A DNA stretch of 64,000 nt from the human T2T-CHM13v2.0 reference genome, Homo sapiens. The notes beneath the pieces were generated by a model. That model was not told where the DNA came from. It did not search any database and worked only from the letters and a program-made list of their open reading frames with translations. The position numbers and the translations under genes are program-made. This document shows positions 28,051-53,172 of the stretch, piece after piece (positions within the stretch are counted from its first letter, which is position 1; every line of letters starts with the position of its first letter). Where the stretch lies: the NCBI RefSeq assembly GCF_009914755.1, contig NC_060930.1; one strand, given 5' to 3'.

Positions 28051-28472
28051 TCTCAATATCTGGGAGGACTCATAACAGGGTAGATAATCAGGATGGATGT
28101 TTGGCAGGTGGGAATCTTTGAGACGGTCTGTGCACACAATTTTAACTCTACTTTTGCCAGTTTGGAGGACATGAAATTCCTGATGAGTGTATGTTAAAAG
28201 GGAATAGAGAAGGTAATATACACAACGTTCTAAAATAATTGCTTTTCGTGGAGGCAAAGTGGCTAAGCAGTCCAAAGCGCTGGATGAAGGCTCTAATCTC
28301 TTGGGGTGTGGAGGTTCTAGCCTGTTTAGCCACAGAAGTCATGAAACCACTATGTGGTATTTGTTAAATAATGAGTTTTGATACTTAAAATAAAATGGAA
28401 TTATTGGAGTGAATTTTGTTTGGTTCTGTTGAATTTGTTATTCTTACACACACTAGCCAGATTCTACTTATT

Positions 28473-29475
28473 TGTGGGCGGCAAGCCACCCAGGCACCGA
28501 GGCAAGAGACAGAGGACACGAGCTGTTCCAGTATAATAAAATATAAAACAAGAATAGTTATACCAAATATAGATCTTAGATATGATTATATATGAAAATC
28601 ATTAATCATTAGTTTGTAGCAATTACTTTTTATTCCAATATTATAATAATCCTCGCTCTATAATCATAGCCTAGGAAAAACCAGGCCTTACAGAGATAGG
28701 AGTTGAGGGAACATAGTGAGGTGTGACCAGAAGACAAGAGTGCGAGCCTTCTGTTATGCCCGGACAGGGCCAGCAGAAGGGCTCCTTGGTCTAGCGGTAA
28801 CGCCAGCGTCTGGGAAGACGCCCGTTGCCGAGCGGACGGTGGTCTAGCAGAAGCCTCAGTGTCAAGAAAAAACACCGGCTGCTTAGCAGACCGGAAAAGG
28901 GAGTCTCCCTCTCCCCGGGGGAGTTTAGAGAAGACTCTGCTCTTCCACTTCTTGTGGAGGGCCTGACATTAGTCAGGCTCGCCCGCAGTTATCCGGAGGC
29001 CTAACCGTCTCCCTGTGATGCTGTGCTTCAGTGGTCACACTCCTAGTCCGCCTTCATGTTCCATCCTGTACACCTGGCTCTGCCTTCTAGATAGCAGAAG
29101 TAAATTAGTGAAAGTACTAATAGTCCCTGATATGCAGAAATAATGGCGTAAGCTGTCTTTCTCTCTGTCTCCTCTCCCTCTTTGCCTCAGCTGCCAGGCA
29201 GGGAAGGGCCCCCTGTCCAGTGGACACGTGACCCACGTGACCTTACCTATCATTGGAGATGACTCACATTCTTTACCCTGCCCCTTCTGCCTTGTATCCA
29301 ATAAGTAACAGCGCAGCCAGACATTCGGGGCCACTACCGGTCTCCGCGCATTGGTGGTAGTGGTCCTCCGGGCCCAGCTGTCTTTTCTTTTATCTGTCTT
29401 GCGTCTTTATTTCTACACTTTCTCGTCGCTGCACACAGGGAGAGACCCACTGACCCTGTGGGGCTGGTCCGTACA
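28473..29475 (+). mobile_element. Solo LTR13 (ERVK class)
   Basis: TGTGGGCGGCAAGCCACCCAGG...GGCTGGTCCGTACA, about 1.0 kb, perfect 6-bp TSD CTTATT (28467-28472 / 29476-29481); strand assigned from recalled consensus. Confidence 0.85.
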
Positions 29476-29479
29476 CTTA

Positions 29480-31040
29480 TTAACATTTTATTTGATATGT
29501 TGATCTTTGGATGTATGAATTTGATTGTTCTCATTTGATTTGTTTTGTTTTTACTTTGGGTTCTATTTATGTCAGGTTTTGGTAACCTTAATGAATGGAT
29601 TAGGCAGTTTTCCACTTCTTATGCCCTGAAACTTTTCAACCCAGAAGAGTTACCTGATCCTTGACAATTTGACAGCACTTGGCCTAAGAGAATGGGGCCT
29701 TTTCATGGGGCTTAGAAATGGAAAGAGACTTTTGACAGCCTCTTCATCTATTACCGTGGTTATTATTCTGTGAGGATGTGTCATTTGAGTGTGTCATATA
29801 GTGCCTCTGATTCTCAGTTGCTTATTTGTTGAGAGATAATGATACTGAATATTAAATGACTTACTGCTTTTAAAATTCTAGTATGATGCCTGGGCCATGC
29901 AAGCCTTCAATCAATGTTATTTATTATTATCACATCAATATTGGTAATTTATATTGTCCTAAATCCTATCTCATTCACTATGCTTAGATTATCAGGGATT
30001 ATCAGATACAGAGGTAGAAAGTTGTAAAAAAATGCTTTTTATTTGAGATACACATCTCATCTCTATTTGTAAATGTGTCTTCTTCACTAATTTTGAATTC
30101 TAAGTTTATATTTTCCCTTAGACATTCCACAGATTTGTATTTCAGTTTTATTTACAAAAAAAACTTTCTTAGCTCTCCTAGCATGTAAACAGATTTTCTC
30201 TGTTGATTCCTTTCTTCTGCTTTCATTTGGTATGTTTTGTTGGTCTTTTACTTGCTTCTGAAGAGAAATACTCACCAGCATTTCAGTCATTTAAAGTCTT
30301 TCTCATTTACTTAAAAAATGCACTTAAGTTACAAATGTTCCCCTCTGACCTGCTTTTGTAGCATTCCACAGTAATGATATATGTTGTCTTATTGACATTC
30401 TATTATACCTGGCCTGTAATTTTAGTTTTGATTTTCTCTTTGAGCAAAGATATTTTTAGAAGCATTTGACATTAAGTATAACATTTTATACTTTTCTGAT
30501 TATATTTTGATGCTGATTTCTATCTCTATTTTCTAGCACAGTATTAATTTTCTAAATTAAAAAGTATTTTGATATTTTCTTATTAGATCATTGTATAGTC
30601 AATTCTTTAATTTCTTTGGGCAATTTAAAAATTGTGTTTTCTCTATAAAGAATTTTATGATATCTATCAGGTCAATGTTTTATTCTTATTTGTCTTTTAT
30701 AATATTACTTATTTCTTTGTCCACTGATATTTCTTGAACTTAGAGCAATAAATTGAAGTCAATTACTAAATTGTCTCTGCCTTTCTACTTGTGTCTCCAC
30801 TGAATTTCTGCTGAATGAAAGTTGCTGCTTTATTTTGAGCATGAATATCAAAAAAACCAAAAATCTTTACCTCCACTTAAACTGTAATTTTTAGCATTTT
30901 GCAGTACCCTTCTTTGTTTTATTTAATGAGTGTTGTCCAAAATCCCACCTCACATGATTTTAAATCCTTGAGTCCTTTCTTTTTGTGAGTTTGCCTGATA
31001 TTTTTGTCTGTTCTTTATTTTCAAACTTCCTGATTGTTTC
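29480..31040 (-). mobile_element. Degenerate old L1M fragments, with a MIR near 29800-29930
   Basis: T-rich L1-like texture (gtcaggttttggtaacc, gttgctgctttattttgagcatgaata, tgcagtacccttctttg). Confidence 0.45.
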
Positions 31041-32644
31041 CAAGCCTGTGGGTAAGTAGCAAGCTGTGGGGAGGCAGTGTGACAAGGTATATGCAGGAAA
31101 CAAAGAGCTCAGAGAGACTAGTTTTTTTATTTTCACAGCATTTTAAAAGCCAATGACCCTAATTAAGAGATACTTAATCTTCCACTGGTTTATGTGGTCA
31201 TAGTGAAAATTACAGTTGAGATATTGAATATAGCAAATGTGTAGCTCTGTGGAGAAATTGTGGCACTGGAATCTCTGATTCTAGCCAAGAACTTCCCAGA
31301 GGCATGAGTAAAATGTTCCCAACTTGAAAATCTAGTGCAAGTAGAAGATTCAATCTTTTAATGTTGATGTTTTCTAGGTTCCATATTTGGTTGCCCTTTT
31401 TTCTGAGATGGTATTCAAAGGAATATTCCACACACTCATATCTTTGAACCTTTCAAAATACTTCCAAATATCTTGCATATTTGGAATACTGATAACTTCC
31501 AAATATCTTGCATAAAACTTTTTAGAATGCCATATGATTATAGCCAACTGCCTACAAGACATTTCCACCTTAGTATCTCATAGACACCGTGGACTCATCA
31601 AGTTCCTCCTATTATTGCTTTTCTTTTTGAGTAGCACCACAACCTAGTCTGTTAAAGTGAAAACTGTGTGATTACTGTAGATGACTCTCTTTGTCCCCTC
31701 ATGCATTTTTTTCATCAGGTGAATATGATGTAACTGCTGTTTAGATTCAAATAGTGATCCTTCCCTAACTAGCCATGGCAATTAGTATGATATTCTAAGC
31801 AGAACCTGCTGTTGTGAAAACATAATTTGATGGAATTGAGAGTTTTTGCTATTCAGTTAAACTCTTAGTGAGTCAAATATGCCAAATGTAAAGTTCTATT
31901 TTTAATTTAATATTTGTTTTGTCTCTCGAGAAGCTTTTATTCTAAACAGAGAGATACAAATCTGATGTTTTGATGCACACATTAAAAAATCTGAATCAAG
32001 TTTGGCATAAAGAGATACTTAAATTTGCCAAAATACTTATGAGAAATAATCATAAATGATGGCATATATTATGCCAAATTTATTTTTTTTTGCATGAAGG
32101 GAATTGTGGAAATTGACCTGATTAGTTTGGACTGTCAAGAGCAGAGTTGAACCATAATCCCCACAGCACCTCAAAATCCTGAGACAAGCTTTTCATCCCC
32201 CACATGAATACTGTTTTCTGTCCCTTCTGTCCCCCAACTAATGGGGCCCCTTAAAATGTAGGATGGGTTTGAGCTTTGGTTCTTAACAAAGGACCCAGTT
32301 ATGGAGGATCTGGAAGTCTTTTTTTCCCCCTGGGCCTTATACCCCATACATATAATGCAAGGCCCACATCAGTTATCCATTCACTCTTAAATTGAGAGAA
32401 GACAAGTTAGAAAAAAGCGTTGAAAGTTTGTTTATATTTGGGACTTAGATAGGGTCTGTGAAAATGCAGTGCTGGTTTAGGAAGGCATGAAGTGGCTGGT
32501 TTCAGAATTCCTTGACAGCAGACATTGAGAGCTTGGTTTTTACATAATGTTGCAAATTATGAATATAGATTGAAGCCAGAAGGTACTCATGTGCCCTTAT
32601 AACTCTTAAAATACAGTGATTTATGCAAATTTACTTTTTCAACT

Positions 32645-32940
<296 letters not shown>

Positions 32941-33774
32941 AATTTTTTAAACTTTATATTAGGCTTTTAAAATAGATTATTAAAGCCATTAATAATTCCT
33001 CTCCTCCTTTGGTGGGAAGTTACAGTCTGAGGACTCAATTTTTCTCTAATAAGAGGATAGAAAAATTGAATGTCATTTAGTTTTGATTACCATTCATCTT
33101 TCTGCTCCTTTCCAAATAACACTATTGTTTGTTCCATCATATATTCTATTTATTCTATCTGTAACATATCTTCCATGTTACTAATGTACTTGTATGTGTA
33201 TTTAACACAACTTATGAATTCTGCTTCTGTCTCACAAGCTACTTATTAATTTATGTATAGTTAACACATCTTCTGAATTTTGCCTTATCTTGTAAGCTAT
33301 TAGCTTACGTACTATCTATATTGGTTTTATCCATCCAATTTGTTTTCCTATTTCCTATATCTGAATATAATAAAATCATACAGCAAACTCATATTTCAGG
33401 AGCCATTGAACTTAGAACTCTTTGTTTTTGGAAGGGGAGCCCTAGAAAGTCAGTATTCTGAATAGAAATGACTCTGAGGCTCTACAGATAAAGATAAAGC
33501 TCTCTTTGCCAGGTGTAGAGTGTCTTCAAACATAACTTATTAGGTGATAATTCCATTTCTATTAACTTGTCTGGCTGGAGGCAAAGAAATACAGAGGAAA
33601 TTGGAAAGAGAGAAAAGAATAAAGACCTGGAAAAAGGGAAGATCCTTGAGTTATCTTTGCCTTAGTTCCTCTGAAGTTATAATCTAAAAATTGGTATAAG
33701 CTCTACATACACTCTAGGTGGCACTCTGAGGTTATAAAATGGTTCATATGGTGAGTTGAGGCCACTGTGTTTTG

Positions 33775-34055
33775 TTTCATTTTATTTTATTTTATTTTGA
33801 GACAGGGTCTCACTCTGTCACCCAGGCTGGAGTACATGGTGCAATCTCTGGTCAATGGAGCCTCGACCTCCTGAGTTCAAGTAATCCTCCCACCTCAGCC
33901 TCCTTAGTAGCTGGGACTATAGGTGTGTGCCACCACACCTGGCTAATTTTATTTTTTGTAGGGATGGGGTCTCACTATGTTGCTCAGTCTCAAACTCCTG
34001 CCTTGGCCTCCCAACGTGTTGGGATAACAGGCATGAGCCACCACTCCTGACCCCA
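33775..34055 (-). mobile_element. AluJ with deletions
   Basis: Antisense dimer with J-type agcctcgacctcctgagttcaagtaatcctccc. Confidence 0.85.
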
Positions 34056-34719
34056 CTGTATTTCAAAGGCCAAAAGGAGTCCAAAAGAATTAAAACTGGT
34101 TTTCTTTTCCCTTTACAAGGAATCAAGAAAAGGTAGACAGTCAATATGGTTTCATAAGGAAAATTTTAGAGGGGCATGGAATCCCTATCCAGGAACTTCA
34201 CAGAGATTCAAAGAAAAGAAAGTTTGTAAACTAACACTTGAAAGAGCAAGAGAAAACTTGCAATCAGAGCAATGCCAGCTGGAGGTCAGGAAGGGAAGCG
34301 GTAAAGAAAGAAGAGAAAATGAGAACTTTTTATTTTACTCCAAATCACAATGTATTTGAAAATATATATTAAAGAAAGATTATTTTGGCACTTGATAAAG
34401 TGCTAGTAAAGACTAAGACTACTGCAATTAGCGAGAGAGACTGAACTCAATGGGGACAAATGGGGATTTAAAGCCAACAGGCAGAGTGAAGGTGTCGTAG
34501 ATGATGGAAAATTACTAAGCACAGATATCAAAAGGAGGAAGAGTCTTGCTAAACTGGCCTAACAGGATTCTTGCTAATGGTAGGCTAAGGACTTAGAAAT
34601 TAAGGGTAGAGGATTAATAATCTGTGCAGATACCAGACTTGGGGAGATTCTCAGTAAACTGATAGAAGGAGTCTTGCTGAAGGTAGTCAAAAGCCAAGGC
34701 CTACTTGAGAAGGCTAAAA

Positions 34720-35622
34720 GAAAAGACTGTGTTTCTATACTCTCACAATACTTCTGACACCATATGTGTGGGTTTTCCACTCCAAGCAATTCTCCAATTC
34801 TGCAGACACAAACTGGGTGTTGACACTGCAACTCAATTCTGACACTAACTACCTGTAATTAGTGCAGACCCTATAGGTGAAGGGCTCAGTTCCACAAGAC
34901 TGCCCCCCACTTCACATGTCAATCATAAGTCCCAGGTTGTCACTCATATTTCTGACCAACTGCTGTAAATTGAGGGTTCCTATGACCTCCCCCTGAAGTT
35001 TGACAATTTGTTATAACAACTCACAAGACTCAGGGAAACATTTACTTACGTTCATCAGTTTATTATAAAGGATATGACAAAGGATATAGATGAAGAGATA
35101 CACTTGGCAAGGTATGGGGAGGAATATAGAGCTTTCGTGTCTTCTCTGGGGGCACCACACTCCCAATAACTCCGTGTGTTCACTAGCCCAGAAGCTCTAT
35201 GAGTTCTGTTGTTTAGGAGTTTTATGGAGATTTCATTACACAAGCATGATGGATTAAATCATTGGCTTTTGATGACTGGGTCAATTATCAGCTCCTCTGC
35301 CCTCCTCAGAAGTGGGCTGGGGTGCTGAAAGTTCCAAATCTTTAATCGCCATGGATGGTTTCTCTGGCAACCAGACCTCACTCTGAAGCTATCTGGGGAC
35401 TTTCAGCCACCAGTCATCTCATTAACATACACAAAGACAGTTATTATTTAGGAGATTCCACGGGTCTTAAAAGCTCTTGTGTTGGGAACCAGGGACTAAG
35501 ACCAAATGTAACAAAAGAACCTCTTATCATCCCTATCACTCAGGAAGTTACAAGGATTTTAGAAGCTCTGTGCCACGAGTTGGGAGGAAAGACCAAATAA
35601 ACATATTTCTTATGATGTCACA
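34720..35622 (-). mobile_element. MER21-like LTR nested in a MER31-like LTR (~34392-35674)
   Basis: aattctgacactaactacctg...gggctcagttccacaagactgccccccacttc hallmark; flank ends gggagtctttgtca. Confidence 0.65.
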
Positions 35623-35916
35623 AAGGCTCAGAGAACCCTGACTAAAGTTGGGTCAAGGAGGGAGTCTTTGTCAGATAACACATATTGAATTTGGACCTAA
35701 ATGAAGATGATGTGGATCAGAGACTGAGGAAACTAATAAACCAAGGGCATGGCTGGATTGTCCATGTTAACCCTGGGGGCACCTAAGGACTGAGTGGGAG
35801 GCAGTGTGGCTTGATTGTGCAGAGCAGTCAGTAGCCACATGAAGTACAAGAGAAGTTCTCCTTACTCATCCTATGTCAAAATGACAATATTTTCTGCAAA
35901 TTCTCCATTCCTTAGA

Positions 35917-36100
35917 GCAGTGGTCCTCAAACTTTAGCATGTATTAGGATCAACTGGAAGCCTTTTGAAAACAGACTGCTGGACCTACCCCAGGGCTTCT
36001 GGGTCAGTGAGCCCAGGAGAGATATGAAAACTGCATTTCTAAGTTCTCAAGTGATGCTACTGCTGCTGGCCAGAGGACTATGCTTTGAGAATCAATTTCC
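35917..36100. mobile_element. MER5-like hAT MITE
   Basis: cagtggtcctcaaactttagcatgtattaggatcaactgga...ggactatgctttgagaatca. Confidence 0.65.
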
Positions 36101-38188
36101 TAGAGACAGAAGTCAAGAAAGGGAAAATGATGACTGATTGTCAAGGTCCTTTTCTCAGGGCCTCTACTCGAGATTTCCCTCAATAATGACTCATTTGTGG
36201 AGGGTAATAGGTGGTCTCCACAGCCTTACCCAGATGGGCTTTACTGGGCTAGTGCCTGCATCTCCACTTGCTGTGAGTTTTGGCTGCTAATGGCTCAGAG
36301 CTGCTCCTTCTCCAGGGTATTAACTCTCAGTGGCCACCTTCTCCAAAGAATTTTCTTCAGCCAAAGGGAGCCACCTCGCCTGGGAGTTTATGCCTCTAGA
36401 GTTCAAGGGTGGGCCCATAAGCCAATGACTGACTCACATGGGCTACAAGAGGCTATGTCTCATCCTTCAAGATGGGACTGATTATAGTGTGATTTTTTCT
36501 GAAGCTAAGCTCCAGCAGAAATTGCATTTTAATTCTCTCTTTTCCTGGCCTTATCCTGCTTCACAGATTCCCTTCTTCTGAGACCATTCTTTCAATAAGC
36601 TATATGTGCCTCAATTCTTGTCTCAGATTCTGTTTATGGAGAACAGAAGCCAAGTCAAGAGGTGTTCATAAGACCACAGAAGCAATATTTGATGTGCTCT
36701 GGGATAGACTGTGTCCTACTTCTCATATTTTGAGAATTCACCTCCCAGAATTAACACGGGTACTCTCCAAGGCTAAGAGCCACCTGTGTCCACACAGTCC
36801 ACAGAAAATATATTACATCCACAGACTAACTGCCACAGGGGAGACCACAGTGGTTTATTACCTCCTGCTATGGGCTGCTTTGCAAATCTGGGAATAGGTT
36901 GATTAGAGAGGGTCTGAGTCCTGGTTTTCTAGGACCTTAGAACCTTCCCGTCCTGCCTGAGAACTCTCTCCAAAAGTTTTGTGATCAGTGGAGCCTTAAT
37001 GATTCTAGATGCCTGGTAGGTTGTTTGTGGGGTAGTGGATTTATGGACCCAATTAGCTCTAGTGTACCTGATTTGCGTAATAAGTTGTGGGAACTTCTGG
37101 TTAGAAGAAAAAAGTTCCACAGCAATAATAGTGCCTGTGATGGTAATGATGATAATCACCTGATAGTAACCTTTTAACTACTATGACAGACTGGAGCTCC
37201 TTAGACACTCCTGAGAAGTCGACCCACTTCCAGAAGGTTCTAAGTGTAACTTTCGTTGGGGACTAAGCTCTGCTATTGGGATTGGTTGAGGAGGAGAGAA
37301 GTGGAAATTTTTATGTCTTGATCCTCTCTTTATAAAGACATTTTACATTATTATTATATTTTACATTATTATTATTGCCATCATTATCATCATTGTCATC
37401 ATTTGTGACATTCTGATCTGGACTTCTGGCCCCCAAACCTGCCCCTCACCTATGCCCACCTCCCACTGCAAGGACATTTCTGTTTCTCATTTCTATGGTC
37501 TTGGCTCTCTCCAGAAAAATGTTTATTTTCTCTTCAGGGACAGCCACTGGAAGGCATTAGGAGGATAGAACCTGGATTTTCAGAGCAGTGGCAGGATGAA
37601 GACCTTTCCCGCATACTCAGGCACAAAGCATTCAGGCTGAAGGCTGCAGTCCTCTTTCTTCATTACTATAGGAATGTTGGTCACCTGGAGCAACTGCAGG
37701 TTCCTGGGTTAGGCTGAACCAGTAACTGGAGAGAATTTTATACATTGTGTCAGCTCATCCTCTCCACCTACTTTCTGGACCTTGGTTATCCAGATCTTAC
37801 CAGGTCTGGAACCCTTCTGAAGACTATTAAGGTCCCAGAGGTACTTAACCACTTCAGAGATTTAAAAGAAGCTAAAAAATGAAACATATTTCTTAACACC
37901 ACTGGTAGCTGGTTCTGTAATCTCCTCACTGCTCTCACAACCGCCATAGCGGTTAGTAAAAGATTTATGGAAATCTCAAATCCTATGGTTTACAGCCAAG
38001 GAAAGCCCGATTTTTTTAACTCATTTTTTCTTACTAGATGTTAAGTTTAAGAAGAGAAAACATCCAAATATTTTGATAATATTTCCCATTTTTCATGTAT
38101 CAAATATCCACCATTTATGAATTTTAAGGTCTTAAAAATCATTTTCCTAACAGTTTTTGGTTTAGTCAATTTTCATGTTGCTGAATAA

Positions 38189-38561
<373 letters not shown>

Positions 38562-38925
38562 TAATGTTTGAAATTACTCACTGATTTAAATTTCCTGCAT
38601 TTTTTAAGTGCAAAAAATATTTTTAAGTGCTAATACCTATGTTCCAAGTAATTTGTAAAAAGAGAAAGAAAAACAGTGATTTTATTTTACTTCCTCATCT
38701 AATTTCTTTCCTTAATATCTGGTTTTCTGAAATCTGCTTGAATTATAAAACACTGTATTTTAACTATAAAACAGCACGGGGCAGATAGGGCTTCCTAGCA
38801 GGTCCTTTGCACCTCTGATTAGGAGTGGGTTTTGTTCCACTTTGTTTTGTTATGCTTTTTTACTTTTATGTGCTTTCAGATTTTAACAGTGAGCATGAAT
38901 TAATTTTATAAACAGAAATATATGC

Positions 38926-40557
38926 CCTCTCCCTCTCCGTCTCCCTCTCCCTCTCCCCCTCCACCTCCCCCTCCCCCTCCCTTTTGCACGGTCCTCCTCT
39001 CCCCTTTGCACTGTCTACCTCTGATGCCGGGCCGAGGCTGGACTGTACTGCCGCCATCTGGGCTCACTGTAGCCTCTCTGCCTGATTCTCCTGCCTCAGC
39101 CTGCCGAGTGCCTGGGATTGCAGGCGCGGGCCACCACACCTGACTGGTTTTCGTATTTTTTGGTGGAGACGGGGTTTCGCCGTGTTGGCCGGGCTGGTCT
39201 CCAGCTCCTGACCGCGAGTGGTCTGCCAGCCTCGGCCTCCTGAGGTGCCGGGATTGCAGACGGAGTCTCCCTCACTCAGTGCTCAACGTTTCCCAGGCTG
39301 GAGTGCAGTGGCGTGATCTCGGATCGCTACAACCTCCACCTCCCAGCCGCCTGCCTTGGCCTCCCAAAGTGCTGAGATTGCAGCCTCTGCCCGGCCGCCA
39401 CCCCGTCTAGGAAGTGAGGAGCGTCTCTGCCTGGCCGCCCATCGTCTGGGATGTGAGGAGCCCCTCTGCCCGGCCGCCGAGTCTGAGAAGTGAGGAGCGC
39501 CTCTTCCCGGCCGTCATCCCGTCTAGGAAGTGAGGAGGTCTCTGCCCGGCCGCCCATCATCTGGGATGTGGGGAGCGCCTCTGCCCCGCCGCCCCGTCTG
39601 AGATGTGAAGAGTGCCTCTGCCCGGCCGCGACCCCATCTGGGAACTGAGGAGTGTCTCTGCCCCGCCGCCACCCCGTCTGGGAGGTGAGGAGCGTCTCTG
39701 ACCGGCCGTCCCGTCCGAGAAGTGAGGACCCCCTCCGCCCAGCAGCCGCCTGGTCTGGGAAGTGGGGAGCCCCTCCGCCCGGCAGCCGCCCCGTCTGGGA
39801 AGTGAGGAGTGTCTCCGCCCGGCAGCCGCCCCGTCCGGGAGGTGGGGGGCAGCCTCTGCCCGGCCAGCCGCCCAGTCCGGGAGGTGGGGGGCGCCTCTGC
39901 CCAGCTGCCCGGTCTGGGAAGTGGGGAGCCCCTCTGCCCGGCCGCCGCCCCGTCTGGGAGGTGGGGGGGCCCCTCTGCCCGGCAGCCCTGTCTGGGAAGT
40001 GAGGAGCCCCTCTGCTCGGCCGCCACGCCGTCTGGGAGGTGTACCCAACAGCTCATTGAGAACGGGCCATGATGACAATGGCGGTTTTGTCGAATAGAAA
40101 AGGGGGAAATGTGGGGAAAAGAAAGAGAGATCAGATTGTTATTGTGTCTGTGTAGACAGAAGTAGACATAGGAGACTCCATTTTGTTCTGTACTAGGAAA
40201 AATTCTTCTGCCTTGGGATGCTGTTAATCTATAACCTTACCCCCAACCCTGTGCTCTCTGAAACATGTGCTGTGTCCACTAAGGGTTAAATGGATTAAGG
40301 GCGGTGCACGATGTGCTTTGTTAAACAGATGCTTGAAGGCAGCATACTGGTTAAGAGTCATCACCACTCCCTAATCTCAACTACCCAGCGACAAAAACAG
40401 TGCAGAAGGCAGCAGGGCCCTCTGCCTAGGAAAACCAGAGACCTTTGTTCACATGTTTGTCTGCTGACCTTCCCTCCACTATTGTCCTATGACCCTGCCA
40501 AATCCCCCTCTCTGAGAAACACCCAAGAATGATCAATAAATACTTAAAAAAAAAAAC
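38926..40557 (+). mobile_element. SVA retrotransposon, near full length, older (SVA_A/B-like) subfamily
   Basis: CCCTCT hexamers (~38926-38980), antisense Alu-like part, GC-rich VNTR (~39390-40040), SINE-R, AATAAA 40535-40540 and A-tail; degraded TSD AAATATATGC / AAACATATGC. Confidence 0.95.
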
Positions 40558-41023
40558 AAACATATGCATATTTGTTGTAGAGAGAGAGAGAGGATTCTTT
40601 GAGAGGCAAGGATTCCTGTCATGTAGGGGCCTGGTCAAGAGACCTGAACGGGAGGGTGCAGAGGGACCTGACACGAAGAGATCTGTGCTCACGGTCACAG
40701 CAGCTCTGAGCAACCAGTTCCAGCCGTGCTTTTATATGTGCCAAGGAAAGTTCTAGAGCATTTTTGAGAAAAACAAAATACTGAAGAACAAGACAAGGGA
40801 ATCAAGAAAGCAGGGACAAAGTGACAGAGAAAGAAGAAGTATGACTGGACATAATATGGGACTGGGAAAACACCACACAGAGCCAGGTTGCTGCAGAATT
40901 TTTAAATTTGAGACAGTGATCAAAATAAGCTTAAAGTTGAGGAGGCTCAGGGTGAGGAGAAAGCCCATCATTCAGAATACAGGGACACCCCTGCCCAGGT
41001 GCCATGACCTGAATGCACTAAGG

Positions 41024-41100
41024 GACAGGCACCAAGGAAGGCTCTGGCAGGGTGCGACCCAGAGGGGTTTTGGGATCCACCATCATGGAGATGCCCTTCC
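41024..41100 (-). promoter_or_regulatory. SECIS element (type II-like) in the GPX6 3' UTR
   Basis: Minus-strand RNA GGGCAUC-UCC-AUGAU-GGUGGAUCCC-AAA-ACCC CUCU GGGU-CGCACCCUGCC-AGAG-CCUUCCUU-GGUGCCU. It has the AUGA...GA kink-turn core, unpaired AAA about 11 nt above the core, an apical mini-helix and helix I GGGCAUC/GGUGCCU. Confidence 0.88.
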
Positions 41101-41444
41101 CTTCATGTGAGGTGGGGTTTCTGCTCTCACTCTGCCTTCAGAGGTCCTACATGAGAACTACTGGGTGGCAGGGGAATAAAGGAGAATTAAGGAGAAAAGA
41201 GTTTAACAATGCATGCCTATCTTAGAGGAGAGAGGCTATGAAGGAGGCCTAGAGTCTTGCGGCCAGCTCCTGCTTTCTTTAAAACTTTCAGGAAGGGGAA
41301 GGGATAGATGTCACAACTTCTCGGGATTGCTTTTTTAGGGACACAGGATAGTCTGATTCATCTACCCTAAAATATGATTTTCCTTTGGAATAGATATTTC
41401 AGGATCAGAGAGTTGGAGAGATAGGTGTTCTTTTCCTTAATCTT

Positions 41445-41447
<3 letters not shown>

Positions 41448-41475
<28 letters not shown>

Positions 41476-41563
41476 CATACATACACCTATGCATATACCA
41501 ACAAATACAATTCTACATATCCATACACACACACACACACACACACACACAGCTACACACACA
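41448..41563. repeat. Compound (CA)n tracts; (UG)n in the GPX6 3' UTR
   Basis: Two (CA)n runs with a CATA-rich spacer, between the stop codon and the SECIS. Confidence 0.9.
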
Positions 41564-41718
41564 TGCTAAGCAGGTGCTTGGGTAGTACAGGATGGTTTGG
41601 TCATCAGGAGGCTGGGTAGGCACGAGTGTGGAGCAAAGAAGGAGGAAGATGGATGCTTTGTTAGACATTCCTGCAGGTGGGAGACAGGGTAGTTATTTCT
41701 GTCAGTCGCTAGCCCTTC

Positions 41719-53172
<11,454 letters not shown>

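Noticed and set aside
26248-28342. Short ORFs around the tRNA and CpG island
   Set aside because: No homology I can recognise; they run through homopolymer tracts and are expected by chance in GC-rich DNA
38866-40713. ORFs of 111-177 aa with repeated HLPDG units; array superficially CRISPR-like
   Set aside because: Translations of the SVA hexamer, VNTR and SINE-R; tandem repeats without unique spacers, in eukaryotic DNA
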